From Octopus bimaculoides (taxonomy: Eukaryota), in assembly GCF_001194135.2 (NCBI RefSeq), contig NC_069005.1:15687797-15751796 (forward strand): DNA of 64,000 nucleotides. The letters run 5' to 3'. Under the pieces are notes generated by a model. It did not search any database. It saw nothing but the letters and a program-made list of their open reading frames with translations, and was not told where the DNA came from. Shown piece by piece: positions 63,650 to 64,000 of the stretch; positions within the stretch are counted from its first letter, which is position 1, and every line of letters starts with the position of its first letter. A program made the position numbers and the translations under genes.

Positions 63650-64000
63650 TACATGCATATGCAAACACACACACACACACACACACACATACACACACAC
63701 ATATATATATATACACACAGACATATATATTACAAACACATACATATATTACAAACACATACATATACACACAAACATATATACGTACATGCACACACAC
63801 ATATGCATACACACACATATATACATACACAAACCTATATATACACATGCATACACTATATATAAACACACACACGCATGAGCATATAACAATATGTGTT
63901 CAAATGCATGGCACATGCGTGTGTGTGTTAACAGATGGATAATGAGACACAAATCTTTATCACATGTATGTCAATCACACACACACATTCATGTGCATAT
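63650..64000. repeat. (CA)/(TA) microsatellite field
   Basis: Directly visible. Confidence 0.93.

Overview
AT-rich animal genomic DNA from a gapped draft scaffold with more than a dozen N-gaps. The SINE and microsatellite repertoire strongly suggests an octopus genome (inference). Nearly all ORF-track entries are microsatellite or N artefacts. Only two convincing host exons were found, both on the minus strand (52634-52756 and 50432-50536, phase 0, coiled-coil peptide). The rest is intronic/intergenic DNA packed with repeats: four or more SINE families, decayed Tc1, mariner and hAT transposons and MITEs, RTE-LINE fragments, Penelope-like element remnants and long simple repeats. The standout is a 571-bp non-coding insertion (54311-54881) flanked by a perfect 14-bp target-site duplication. 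It carries a complete type I hammerhead ribozyme (core CUGAGGA...GAAA, GUC cleavage site), has a ~361-bp repeat period, and has a 5' inversion that ends just downstream of the cleavage site. This makes it a candidate retrozyme-like element retroposed from a self-cleaved or circular RNA. Three further Penelope-type hammerhead motifs are present: one near-intact at 31297-31382 and two degenerate.
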